From Gemmatimonadales bacterium (GTDB lineage Bacteria; Gemmatimonadota; Gemmatimonadetes; Gemmatimonadales; GWC2-71-9), in contig JBBSHB010000002.1 of assembly GCA_038253515.1 (NCBI GenBank), positions 824-64,823 on the forward strand: a DNA stretch of 64,000 bases. Direction: 5' to 3'. Made by a program: the position numbers and the translations under genes. Of the stretch, positions 34,120-44,100 are shown piece after piece. Position 1 is the stretch's first letter, and every line of letters starts with the position of its first letter. Under the pieces are notes generated by a model. That model made no database searches, was not told where the DNA came from, and saw nothing but the letters and a program-made list of their open reading frames with translations.

Positions 34120-36000
34120 ATGAGCCTCGGCATCGCCTCCGTCGACGGCCCGCGCCTGGCCCGCGCGCTCCTCGCGGCGGCCGACTGGGTCGCGGCCGGG
34201 CGGGAGGAGATCAACCGGATCAACGTCTTTCCCGTTCCCGACGGCGATACCGGCACCAACTTCAGTCTGACGCTTCGCGCCATCGCCGACGCCCTCCGGG
34301 TGCTCGGCGACGCGACGCTTCCGGAGACCGCCGCCGGAATGGCCCGCGCGGCGGTCCTGGGCGCCCGCGGCAACTCCGGGATGATGCTGGCGCACTTCCT
34401 CCAGGGGTTCTCCGAGGCGCTGGGCGACCGGCCGTCCGCGTCGGCGGCGGAGCTGGCGCTCGCGCTGCGCCACGGGGCCGATCGGCTTTACCAGTCGGTC
34501 GACGATCCACGCGAGGGCACGATCGTGACCGTCGCGCGCGATGCCGCCGGTGCCGCGGAGCGGGCCGCCGCCGGGTCGGGAGACATCGTCGGGCTCATGC
34601 GCTCCATGCTGGCCGAGGCAGAGGCCGCCCTCGACCGCACCCCGGACCAGATGCCGGCGCTCAAAGAGGCCGGTGTGGTGGATGCCGGCGGGAAAGGGTT
34701 CGTCCGGATGCTGGAAGCAGTGGTACGCTCCATCGACGGCGACCCGATCCCGACGGCGGTCGAGGCCAACGGAGCGGGAGCCTCGACGGTAGTAGTACCG
34801 GCGGCATGGGCGGCGGTGGCGGCGGATCGGGACTTTCGATTCTGCACCGAGGTCCTAGTGCGGGGCGAACGGCTCCCTCCCGCCAACGAGGTCCGCTCGG
34901 CGATGCACCGGTTCGGCGGCTCGGTCGTGGTCGCGGTGATGTCCGACATCCTCAAGATCCATGTGCACACCGACACCCCCGATGCCGTCTTTACCTGTGC
35001 GGGGCGCTGGGGGCGGATCGAGACCAGGAAAGCCGACGACATGCGGGCACAGCACCGGCGGCTGTCGCATCCGGACCGCCGCCCGGTCGCCGTGGTGACG
35101 GACAGCTCGGCGGACCTGCCAGACGGGATACTGGATCGCCACGGGATCTCTCTGGTCCCTCTCCAGGTGGTCTTCGCCGACGCGACGTTCCGCGATCGAG
35201 TGGAGCTCACGCCGGAGGAGTTCTATCGCCGGCTCCACCAGTCGGTCGAGCTCCCGACGACCTCGCAGCCCACGCCGGCCGACTTCGTCCGAGTGCTGCG
35301 GGACGCGCGGGAGGCGGCGGACGAAGTAGTCGCCGTGCTGCTGTCGGGGAGTCTCTCCGGCACGTTCGGCTCGGCCCAGGCCGCTGTCCGCACTGAAGGA
35401 CTGTCGGGTGTCCATCTAGTGGACAGTCGGTCCGCTTCCCTGGGCCTGGGACTACTGGCGCTCAGGGCCGCGGAGCTGGCCGACGAGGGATGGACCGGGG
35501 CGGAGATCGTCCGGGAGCTCGAGCGGGTGCGGGGCCAGTCGGGCATGCTGCTCACGGTCGATCGGTTCGACAATCTGCTGCGATCCGGCCGGGTCTCGCG
35601 CGGCAAGGCGTGGATCGGGGGCATGCTGGATGTGAAGCCGATCCTTTCGCTCGACGCCGCCGGACACGTCGTGCCGATGGATCGGGTCCGCGGCCGGGAC
35701 CAGGTGCTGCCGCGGGTGCTGGAGTTGCTGCGACAGCGCCTTACACCGCGCCCCGAGATCGTCCGGTTCGGCGTGGCGCACGCCGAGGCGCCGGAAGCAG
35801 CCGAACGAGTGCGCGCCGCGCTGGTGGCGGAGTACCGGCCTCGGGACTGCTTCGTCACCCTGGCCACCGGCGTGCTGGGGACCCACGTGGGCGCCGGCGC
35901 CTGGGCGATCTTCTACCAGGTCGAGGACGGCACCCCCCGGCGCCTCGAGCCGGCCGGTGCCGGAGGACGTTTCGTCATGCAGGAGCAGCACGGCCAGTGA
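34120..36000 (+). CDS. DAK2(DhaL)-FakA-middle-DegV fusion protein (fatty-acid-kinase-like)
   Basis: The N-terminus has INVFPVPDGDTGTNF..GARGNSGMML (Dak2). The middle has FRFCTEVLV..ILKIHVHTDTP. The C-terminus has VAVVTDSSADLP..TTSQPTPADF..SGSLSGTFGSA..VDSRSASLGLG (DegV). Confidence 0.85.
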   Translation: MSLGIASVDGPRLARALLAAADWVAAGREEINRINVFPVPDGDTGTNFSLTLRAIADALRVLGDATLPETAAGMARAAVLGARGNSGMMLAHFLQGFSEALGDRPSASAAELALALRHGADRLYQSVDDPREGTIVTVARDAAGAAERAAAGSGDIVGLMRSMLAEAEAALDRTPDQMPALKEAGVVDAGGKGFVRMLEAVVRSIDGDPIPTAVEANGAGASTVVVPAAWAAVAADRDFRFCTEVLVRGERLPPANEVRSAMHRFGGSVVVAVMSDILKIHVHTDTPDAVFTCAGRWGRIETRKADDMRAQHRRLSHPDRRPVAVVTDSSADLPDGILDRHGISLVPLQVVFADATFRDRVELTPEEFYRRLHQSVELPTTSQPTPADFVRVLRDAREAADEVVAVLLSGSLSGTFGSAQAAVRTEGLSGVHLVDSRSASLGLGLLALRAAELADEGWTGAEIVRELERVRGQSGMLLTVDRFDNLLRSGRVSRGKAWIGGMLDVKPILSLDAAGHVVPMDRVRGRDQVLPRVLELLRQRLTPRPEIVRFGVAHAEAPEAAERVRAALVAEYRPRDCFVTLATGVLGTHVGAGAWAIFYQVEDGTPRRLEPAGAGGRFVMQEQHGQ

Positions 36001-36350
36001 CGTCCCGACCCCCCGAGGCGTTGCGCCTGGCCATGGACGCCATCCAGGATCTGAAGGGCAGTCGACTTGTGGTCCTCGATTTGCGCGGGCTGACCGAGGC
36101 CACGGACTACTTCGTCATCGCCTCGGGAACATCGGACGCGCACGTGCGGGGCATCGCGGAGTCGGTCATCGAGAAGCTCGGCCGCCGGGGCCACCGCACC
36201 CATCACGTCGAAGGCCTGAACGGCGGTCGATGGGTGCTCCTGGACTTCGTCGATTTCGTGGTTCACCTGTTCCACCCGGAGACCCGCTCGTTCTACCAGC
36301 TCGAGCGTCTCTGGGACGACGCACCGGAGCTCCTGATCAGCTCCACCTAG
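35997..36350 (+). CDS. rsfS: Ribosome silencing factor RsfS (iojap-like)
   Basis: Motifs LVVLDLRGLTEATDYFVIASGTSDAHVRGIAESV and WVLLDFVDFVVHLFHPETRSFYQLERLW are present. The start is GTG 35997 (GTGA overlap) or ATG 36033. Confidence 0.85.
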   Translation: MTSRPPEALRLAMDAIQDLKGSRLVVLDLRGLTEATDYFVIASGTSDAHVRGIAESVIEKLGRRGHRTHHVEGLNGGRWVLLDFVDFVVHLFHPETRSFYQLERLWDDAPELLISST

Positions 36351-36361
36351 CCGAGGTCGCC

Positions 36362-39300
36362 ATGTTCCGACGCACCGCACCGGCATTGCTGCTCCTGCTC
36401 CTCGGGATGCCGGGGGTCCTGCCAGCCCAGTATTTCGGGCGCAACAAGGTCCAGTATACCAGGTTCGACTTCAAGGTCATCCAGACCGAGCACTTCGACG
36501 TGTACTACTACGATCGAGAGCGGACGGCGGCCATGGATGCCGCGCGGATGGCGGAACGCTCTTACGGCCGGCTCTCCAAGGTGCTGAACCACGAGTTCCG
36601 GGAGCGGAAGCCGATCATCCTGTACGCCTCGCACCCCGATTTCCAGCAGACCAACGCGCTGGGCGAGTCTCCGGGCGAGGGCACCGGCGGGGTGACGGAC
36701 TTCGAGCGCAATCGCGCGGTGATGCCGTTCACCGGCTCCTACGCCGAGTTCGAGCACGTCCTCCAGCACGAGATGACCCACCAGTTCCAGTACGACATCT
36801 GGTCCCACGGGCGAGCCGGCGCGGGTCTCCAGAACCTGATCGCCATCGCGCCGCCGCTCTGGTTCGCGGAGGGCATGGCGGAGTACCTCTCGCTCGGTCC
36901 CATCAACGCCGAGACGGCGATGTGGCTGCGGGACGCCTCGCTCGAAGGCAAGCTCCCGACCATCGAGCAGATGACGGAGGACCCGTACACCTACTTCCCC
37001 TACCGCTTCGGCCACGCGCTCTGGTCCTACATCGGCGAGCGCTGGGGCGACGAGGCGATCGGCGCCATCATGAAGGCGACGCTCTCGGGCGGGATCGAGC
37101 CCGCCTTCAAGCGGACCATCGGTCTCAGTCTGGAGCAGTTGTCGGATCAATGGCGGGACGCGGTGCAGAAGCGCTACCTCCCGGAGATCGGTGCCCGGGC
37201 CAAGGCGCGGGCCATCGCGGACGAGCTGCTCACCAAGAAGCGGTCGGACGGCACCCTGCACCTCGCGCCGGCGCTCTCGCCCGATGGGTCGGCCGTGGCG
37301 TACTTCAGCGAGAAGAACTTCTACTTCGTCGATCTCTACCTGGCCAACGGCACCACCGGCAAGGTGAAGCGCCGCATTCTCAAGTCGGGCATCAGCAGCA
37401 ACTACGAGACCTACCGGTTCATCAACTCGCAGGCCAACTGGTCGCCGGACGGGAAGTACCTCGCCTTCGCCGCCAAGCGGGGGCCGCGAGACGTCATCGT
37501 GATCGTGGACGTGGCGCGCAACAAGGAGGTGAAGCGCATCGACGTCAAGCTGAGCGGCGTGACCACCCCGTCCTGGAGTCCCGACGGGAGCCAGCTCGTC
37601 TTCACCGGCTACGACGGGGGCCTGAGCGACCTGTTCATCGTCGACCGCGACGGCCGCAACCTGCGCCGGCTGACGAACGACAAGTTCGCCGATCTGCACC
37701 CGGTCTGGTCCCCCGACGGGAGCACCATCGCCTTCGCCACCGACCGGGGACCCCAGACCGACTTCAAGACCCTGAAGATCAGCAACCTGCGCATCGCCTT
37801 CTACGACCTGGCAACCGGCACGATCCGGGTGCTCGAGCACATGGATCAGGGCAAGAACGTGAGCCCCCAGTGGGCGCCCGACGGTCACTCGCTCGCGTTC
37901 GTGTCCGACCGGAACGGCGTGAGCAACATCTTCCTGTACGAGCTGGGCGACCAGCAGGTCTATCAGCTCACCGATTTCTACACCGGCGTCCAGGGCATCA
38001 CGCCGCTGTCGCCCGTGCTCTCGTGGGCCCGCCAGGCCGACCGCGTGGCCTTCGTGTACTACGAGGCCGGGAAGTACGACGTCTACACCCTGGCCAACCC
38101 GCGGTCGTTGAAGCGCTCGCCGTACCAGCCGCAGGCGGTGGACAGTACCGGGATGCTCGCCCGGGTCAGCAACCCACCCATCGACACCACCCGGTCGCTC
38201 CAGGTGCGTGAGGAGGTTCGCGCGCAGGTCGGTGAGGGCGGCTCGATCTACCGGACGCAGCGGGGGTTCCGCTCCTCCAGCGACCTGGCCCGCTCGGGAG
38301 ACACCACCCAGCTCAGCCAGCCGGTCTCGATCGCGGCGCTGATGGACTCGGCCAACTACAGCCTGCCGGACACCAGCGAGTTCACCCTGAAGGACTACCG
38401 GGTGCACTTCACGCCCGACTACATCGCGCGGCCCTCGATCGGGTATGCCCGCGACAACTTCGGCCGCGGGTTCTTCGGCGGGTCCGCCATCTCCTTGAGC
38501 GACATTCTGGGCAACCACCAGCTGGTATTCGCCGGCTACGTCAACGGGCGGATCAGCGAGGCCCAGGTGCTGGCGGCCTATGCCAACCTGACCAAGCGGA
38601 TCAACTGGGCGGTCGGCGCCTCCCAGGACCCGTACTACTTCCTGGAGCCGAGCACGGTGGTGACCGGAAGCCCCACCGCGGGGGAAAACACCTTCGTCAC
38701 CAACATCCGCCGGCTGGTGCTGCGCTCGGTCTTCGGCCAGGCCTACTACCCGATCAGCCGGTTCCAGCGGATCGAGGCGGGGATGCGCTTCTCCAACGTG
38801 GACGACGCCATCCTCCACATCAACGAGCCATACGATCCGTCGACGAGCTTCGCCACCCGGGACGCCTTCCTGGAAACGGAGAACCTGCCGGGGGTCAACT
38901 ACTTTCAGCCCTCCACCGCGCTGGTGTTCGACAACTCGCTGTTCGGATACGTCGGTCCGTTCTACGGCCGGCGCTACCGGCTGGAGTTCGCCCAGACCCT
39001 GGGCGACTGGCGCTTCTCCCAGGTGACCGCCGATTACCGGCGGTACGACCGCATCGTCGGACCCATCGTGCTGGCGACACGTGGGCTCTACATCGGTAGA
39101 ATCGGGCGCGACGCGCGCCAATTCCGCCTGTTCGCCGGGAACACTGACTTGATCCGTGGTAACACATCGGGGTCGTATCGGCGGAACGAATGCCTCAACG
39201 CCAGTGATCCCAACGCCGAGACTGGTTGTGCCGAACTGGACCGCTTGGTCGGCACTCAGGTTGGCGTCGGCTCCGTCGAACTGCGGTTCCCAATCATCAA

Positions 39301-39571
39301 TCCATCATTTGGGCTGCCAGCAGCCTTTCCGCCGATTGAGGGTGCGCTGTTCTATGACATCGGTCTTGCCTGGGATGATCAAAGCACGCTCAAATGGAAC
39401 CGGCAGGCCGGTGACGATCCGATTCGCGTTCGAACCCCGCTACAGACGCTGGGCGCATCGATTCGGGTGAATCTCTTCGGCTTCGCCATCGCCCGATTGG
39501 ACTATTCGATTCCGCAACAGCGGAGGGGGGTCAAGGGACTCTGGACCTTCAGCCTCGGACCGACCTTCTGA
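36362..39571 (+). CDS. Outer-membrane protein with an HExxH peptidase-like domain, TolB-like PD40 beta-propeller repeats and an Omp85-type beta-barrel
   Basis: The signal peptide is MFRRTAPALLLLLLGMPGVLPAQ and the peptidase motif is VLQHEMTHQF. PD40 repeats are SPDGSAVAYF, SPDGKYLAFA, SPDGSQLVFT, SPDGSTIAFA and APDGHSLAFV. The protein ends in the aromatic barrel terminus ..WTFSLGPTF. Confidence 0.85.
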   Translation: MFRRTAPALLLLLLGMPGVLPAQYFGRNKVQYTRFDFKVIQTEHFDVYYYDRERTAAMDAARMAERSYGRLSKVLNHEFRERKPIILYASHPDFQQTNALGESPGEGTGGVTDFERNRAVMPFTGSYAEFEHVLQHEMTHQFQYDIWSHGRAGAGLQNLIAIAPPLWFAEGMAEYLSLGPINAETAMWLRDASLEGKLPTIEQMTEDPYTYFPYRFGHALWSYIGERWGDEAIGAIMKATLSGGIEPAFKRTIGLSLEQLSDQWRDAVQKRYLPEIGARAKARAIADELLTKKRSDGTLHLAPALSPDGSAVAYFSEKNFYFVDLYLANGTTGKVKRRILKSGISSNYETYRFINSQANWSPDGKYLAFAAKRGPRDVIVIVDVARNKEVKRIDVKLSGVTTPSWSPDGSQLVFTGYDGGLSDLFIVDRDGRNLRRLTNDKFADLHPVWSPDGSTIAFATDRGPQTDFKTLKISNLRIAFYDLATGTIRVLEHMDQGKNVSPQWAPDGHSLAFVSDRNGVSNIFLYELGDQQVYQLTDFYTGVQGITPLSPVLSWARQADRVAFVYYEAGKYDVYTLANPRSLKRSPYQPQAVDSTGMLARVSNPPIDTTRSLQVREEVRAQVGEGGSIYRTQRGFRSSSDLARSGDTTQLSQPVSIAALMDSANYSLPDTSEFTLKDYRVHFTPDYIARPSIGYARDNFGRGFFGGSAISLSDILGNHQLVFAGYVNGRISEAQVLAAYANLTKRINWAVGASQDPYYFLEPSTVVTGSPTAGENTFVTNIRRLVLRSVFGQAYYPISRFQRIEAGMRFSNVDDAILHINEPYDPSTSFATRDAFLETENLPGVNYFQPSTALVFDNSLFGYVGPFYGRRYRLEFAQTLGDWRFSQVTADYRRYDRIVGPIVLATRGLYIGRIGRDARQFRLFAGNTDLIRGNTSGSYRRNECLNASDPNAETGCAELDRLVGTQVGVGSVELRFPIINPSFGLPAAFPPIEGALFYDIGLAWDDQSTLKWNRQAGDDPIRVRTPLQTLGASIRVNLFGFAIARLDYSIPQQRRGVKGLWTFSLGPTF

Positions 39572-39584
39572 GTCCGTGGGACAG

Positions 39585-39626
39585 CGGTCCGGGACCGGGT
39601 AGCGAGCCTATCGCGGTCCCGGACCG
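39585..39626 (+). terminator. Hairpin after the outer-membrane protein gene
   Basis: A 13-bp perfect stem (CGGTCCGGGACCG/CGGTCCCGGACCG) has a weak U tract (TCTGCC). Confidence 0.5.
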
Positions 39627-39663
39627 TCTGCCACCTGTCGGCGCGCCCGACTATCTTTTCCCT

Positions 39664-41058
39664 GTGAACATTTCCTGGTCAGTACTGGGAGTCGCCCTCG
39701 GGCTCCTCGGCGCGGCGTGTGGGCGCGAGACGAAGCTGTCCCTGGGCAAGCTCCCCGCCGTGACTCGGGGTCCCGCTCCGTCCTCCGCGCTCCGCATGCC
39801 CGCCGGCGGAGGTGTCGCCCGGCTGTACCGGCTGCCCTCCCTGGACCCATCGTCCTGGGTGATCGAAGACAAGCTCCCTCGGGTCGAACGGCCGATCGGC
39901 GCCGATGCCGAGCAGGGGCTGGTGTACGTCCTGGACGGCAAGCAGAACGTGGTCGCGCTCGACCTGGAGACCCGGCGGGTGCGAACCTCGCTGGAGCAGA
40001 TTCGCTACGCCGCGGTCGGCCCGGACGGCGCCTTGTACGCCGTCGATACCGGGAGCACGGTCACCCAACTGGTGCGGCGGACGCCGGTGCGCTTCCGGTC
40101 CAAGCTGCAGGGGACCCCCGCCGAGCTGCACGGCACCATGAGCGGAGCGGTCCTGGCGCGGCTAACGGGGCCCGCGCCGGTGCTCGAGACCTTGGGCTCC
40201 GATCAGGCCCCGACGTCCACCACCCTGGCCTCGGGCCCGTTGGCGACGAGCCTTTACGGCGACCTGGTGGCGGTGGCGGCCGATACCGCGGTGATCCTCT
40301 ACGCACCGCAGGCCAAGACCCGACCGCTATCCCTTCCGGTGTCAGGACACGCGCGCGCAGCCTTGTTCTCGCCGTCGGGGCACCGGGTCTACGTCGCGCA
40401 AGAGGACCACCGGCTGCTGGTCTTCGATCGGTTCAGCGGTGCGCAGATCCAGACCATCGACCTTCCCGGCGGCGCCCGCGGCCTCCGGGGCGACCAGTAC
40501 GGCCAGTGGCTCATGGTTCAGCCCGACAGTGGTGATTCAGCGTGGGTCATCGACATCGGCCGCGGGCGCCGCAGCGCCACGGTGACCACCAAGTGGGCGG
40601 CCGACCTGCCGGCCATCGCGTCACCCAATACCCTGCTGGCGCGAGCGGGCAAGGACGTGATCGCGCGCGACCTGGGCAAGACCGGGCTTCCCGAGACCGG
40701 TCGGGTGGCCGATGGGGCGGACGATTTCTGGCTGGTCATCGGCTGGCGACCGGCCCAGGACGTGGAGACCGTCGCCACCTCCGATTCTGCCGCCGTCGCG
40801 GCGGCCGACTCGGAAGCGGCGGCACCGTCGGTCTACCTCCAGGTCAGCAGCTCGCAGAACCCGTCCTGGGCCAACGAGCTGTCCGATAAGCTGCGGGCCG
40901 CAGGTCTGCCGGCGGCGGTGCTGCCGCCCAAGCGGAGCGATGAAGCGTATCGCGTCGTGCTCGGTCCCTATGCCTCCCGCGAGCAGGCGGAGGAGACCGG
41001 CCGGAAGATCGGCATGCCGTCGTTCGTCGTCACGGCGCAGGACGAAGCGGCTCGATAG
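39664..41058 (+). CDS. Lipoprotein with a C-terminal SPOR (peptidoglycan-binding) domain
   Basis: The lipobox is LLGAACGRE. The C-terminus VYLQVSSSQNPSWANELSDKLRAAGLPAAVLP..YRVVLGPYASREQAEE is SPOR-like. Confidence 0.75.
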   Translation: MNISWSVLGVALGLLGAACGRETKLSLGKLPAVTRGPAPSSALRMPAGGGVARLYRLPSLDPSSWVIEDKLPRVERPIGADAEQGLVYVLDGKQNVVALDLETRRVRTSLEQIRYAAVGPDGALYAVDTGSTVTQLVRRTPVRFRSKLQGTPAELHGTMSGAVLARLTGPAPVLETLGSDQAPTSTTLASGPLATSLYGDLVAVAADTAVILYAPQAKTRPLSLPVSGHARAALFSPSGHRVYVAQEDHRLLVFDRFSGAQIQTIDLPGGARGLRGDQYGQWLMVQPDSGDSAWVIDIGRGRRSATVTTKWAADLPAIASPNTLLARAGKDVIARDLGKTGLPETGRVADGADDFWLVIGWRPAQDVETVATSDSAAVAAADSEAAAPSVYLQVSSSQNPSWANELSDKLRAAGLPAAVLPPKRSDEAYRVVLGPYASREQAEETGRKIGMPSFVVTAQDEAAR

Positions 41059-41109
41059 CTCGGCCAGCTTCTCCGAGAGCAGCACTCCAACCCCACTGGG
41101 GCGACCCGC

Positions 41110-44100
41110 ATGAAGCTCACCCGGCTGGAGCTCTCCGGCTTCAAGTCCTTCGCCGACACCGTCACCCTGACCTTCGAGGAAGGGGTGACGGCGATCGTGG
41201 GACCGAACGGATGCGGCAAATCGAACGTCTCGGACGCCGTCCGCTGGGTGCTCGGCGAGCAGTCGGCCCGGCTGCTGCGCGGCGGCAAGATGGAGGACGT
41301 CATCTTCCAGGGCTCCACCGCGCGGCGTCCGGTGAACGTCACCGAGGTCTCGCTCTACCTCGACAACAGCGAGGGAGACCTGCCGATCGCCTACCGCGAG
41401 GTGGTGGTCACCCGCCGGCTCTCGCGCTCGGGACAGAGTGATTACCTGCTCAACGGCTCTCCGGTCCGCCTCCGTGACATCCAGGACCTCTTGCGGGGCA
41501 CCGGGCTGGGGAGCGACGCGGGCGTCGTCATCGAGGCCAAGATGATCGACCTGCTCCTCTCCGACCGGGCGGATGAGCGCCGCTCCCTGTTCGAGGAGGC
41601 GGCCGGCATCGGGCTGTATCGCGATCGGAAGCACAGCACCGAGCGGCGTCTCGAGGAGACCGCGGTCGACCTCCAGCGGGTGGAAGACCTGATCGCCGAG
41701 GTGCAGTCGCAGATCCGCAGCCTGGCGCGGCAGCGCGGCAAGGCCGAGCGCCACGGCAAGCTGACGGAGGAGAAGTTCTCGGTGCAGCTCACCCTCGCGC
41801 GCCGGCAGCTCGACCGGCTGAGCGAGGAGGCCGCGGGAATGGAGGCGCGGTTCGCCGAGCTGACCACGCTCTTGCCCGCCGCGCGCGAGCGGCTCGCCCA
41901 GACGGAGCGCCGACGGGAGGAAGGCGCGCGGGCACGGGCCGGCGCGGAGGCCAGCCGAACCGAGATCGCGCGCCGATTGTCCGCCATCCAGGTCGAGCTG
42001 GGCAGGCTGGACGGAGATCTCGCCGTCGCGGCCGAGCGCCTGGCCAATGCCACCGCGCGCCGGCTTCGCGCCCAGGAGGAGCGGACCCAGATGGAGCTCC
42101 GGGTTCAGCAGGCGCTGGTGGAGCGCGACGCCGCGCTGGCCGATCGGGACGCGGCGTCGGTGGAACACCAGCGGATCCGGCAGGAGCTGACCGACCGCGC
42201 CCACGCCGAGGAGGAAGTCCGCCGTCGGCTGGGCGAGCAGCGCAACCTGGTCCGTCAATGGGAGCAGGAGTTGCAGACCCTGGCCCAGAGCCTCCGCTCC
42301 CTGGAGGGGGAGCGGGCCGCGCTGGAAGGCGAGCTGGCGTCGCTGCGTGAGCGCGCCGCCCAGGCCACGGCGCACCGGGCCAGCCTGCAGGTGGAGCTGG
42401 CCAACGCCCAGCGGCAGCGCGACCAGGGGATCGAGCGCGCCGGGTTCCTCAGCCATGAGGCCAAGCGCGCGGCGGCGGAGGCCGAGCGGGCTCGCCACGC
42501 CGTTGCGGAGACTCGCGAGCAGGAGGCGATGGACCGGTCGCACCGACGCCAGGCGGAGGAGGCGTTGGCGCAGATGACGGCCCGGCGCCACGCCCTCGAG
42601 GAGTTGGAGCGTGATCGGGTCGGGCTGGCGCCCGCCGCGGCCGCGCTGCTCGATGCGCGTGACCGATTCGACGGCGGCGTGCTCGGACCGCTGAGCGATT
42701 TCGTCAGCACCGGCCGCGACGACGCCGAGCTGACCGAGCGTCTCCTGGGCGACTGGATGCACGCGGTCCTGGTGCGCGATCACGCCGCCGTCCGGGCGAT
42801 CCAGGACTGGCATGCCGAACAACAGCCCGGAGCCCTGGTCCTGCTCCCGCTCGACCCCGGTCCCCAGATGGAATCGGATGGCCGGCCGCTCGACGCCCGA
42901 TTCCGGGTGGACCGGCCGGCCGTGGGTTGGGTCCGGGCGGCACTCGCCAGCTCGGAGGTGCTCGATCCAGCCGGTCGGGTACTCCGACGGGCCAGCGGCG
43001 CCATCTTTCTGAGCGGCGCTGCCACCCCGTCGGGGCCGCTTCGCCGGCGCGCGGAGCTCGCCTCGCTGGCGCTGGAGGTGGAGCGGGGAACGGCCACGCT
43101 GGCGGCCACGGAGGCGACGCTCCAGAGCACGGTGGAGCGCCTGGCCGACCGGGAGCGGGGTCTGGCCACCGTCACGGCCGGGGCCGAGCAGGCATGGGAG
43201 GCCGAGCGCCAGGCCGTGGCCGTGCGCGAGGATGCCGTCCGGATGGTGGGCAATCTCACCCGCGAAGCCGACGACTCCGAGATCCAGCTCGCCCGGGTGA
43301 CCGACCGGCTCACCCACTGCGAGCGGCGGATGGCCGAGATCGATGCGGCGCTGGTGGAGGGCGATCTGTCGCGCGGTCGGCTGGCCGAAGCCCTCGGCAC
43401 CGGGCGCGCCCGCTTGGCGGAGCTGGAGACCGAGCAGGAGCTCGCCCGCGAACAACGCGCCCACTGGCAGGTCCAGGAAGCCCATGTCGGGGGCGGACTG
43501 CGGTCGGCGGAGGAGCGCCTGCAGCGGGCCGCCGCCGCCGGGACCGAGGCCGAGAACACCGTGCTGAGGCTGGGTGGCGAGCTCAGCCAGCTCGAGGCCG
43601 ACAGCGGAGCGCTCGCGGGCCAGCAGGCGACATGGCGGGATGCGCGCGCCGAGCGGCAGGTGGCGCTGCACGAGCTCGAAGCCGCCGCCGCCGGGGCGGA
43701 GACCGATCTGGCCGAGGCCGACGCCGGGCTGGCTGCCGCGGAGCGCGAGGTGACGGCCGCTCGCGGCACGCTCGAGCGCGCGCTGGAGGAGAGCCACCAC
43801 CTGCAGGTCCAGCTCACCGAAGCGAGCGGCGCGCGGCGGAGCATCGTGGAGCGGGTGGAGGCCGAGTGGCACCGACCGCTCGACCAGCTGCTGGACGGTG
43901 CCGCGCTGCTGGATCTGGACCTCGAGACCCTGGAGGCCGAGTCGGCACGCATCATGGGCTCCCTCGAGGGGATCGGCCCGGTCAATCCGCTCGCGGTCGA
44001 GGAGCACGCCGAGGAAGTGAAGCGGCTCGACTTTCTCACCACGCAGCGGGACGACCTGGTCGGTGCGCGGCAGTCGCTGATCCAGGCGATCCGGGAAATC

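Noticed and set aside
36347-39121. 924-aa ORF on the minus strand
   Set aside because: It is antisense to the HExxH-PD40-Omp85 gene and has a degenerate R/G/V/D-rich composition.
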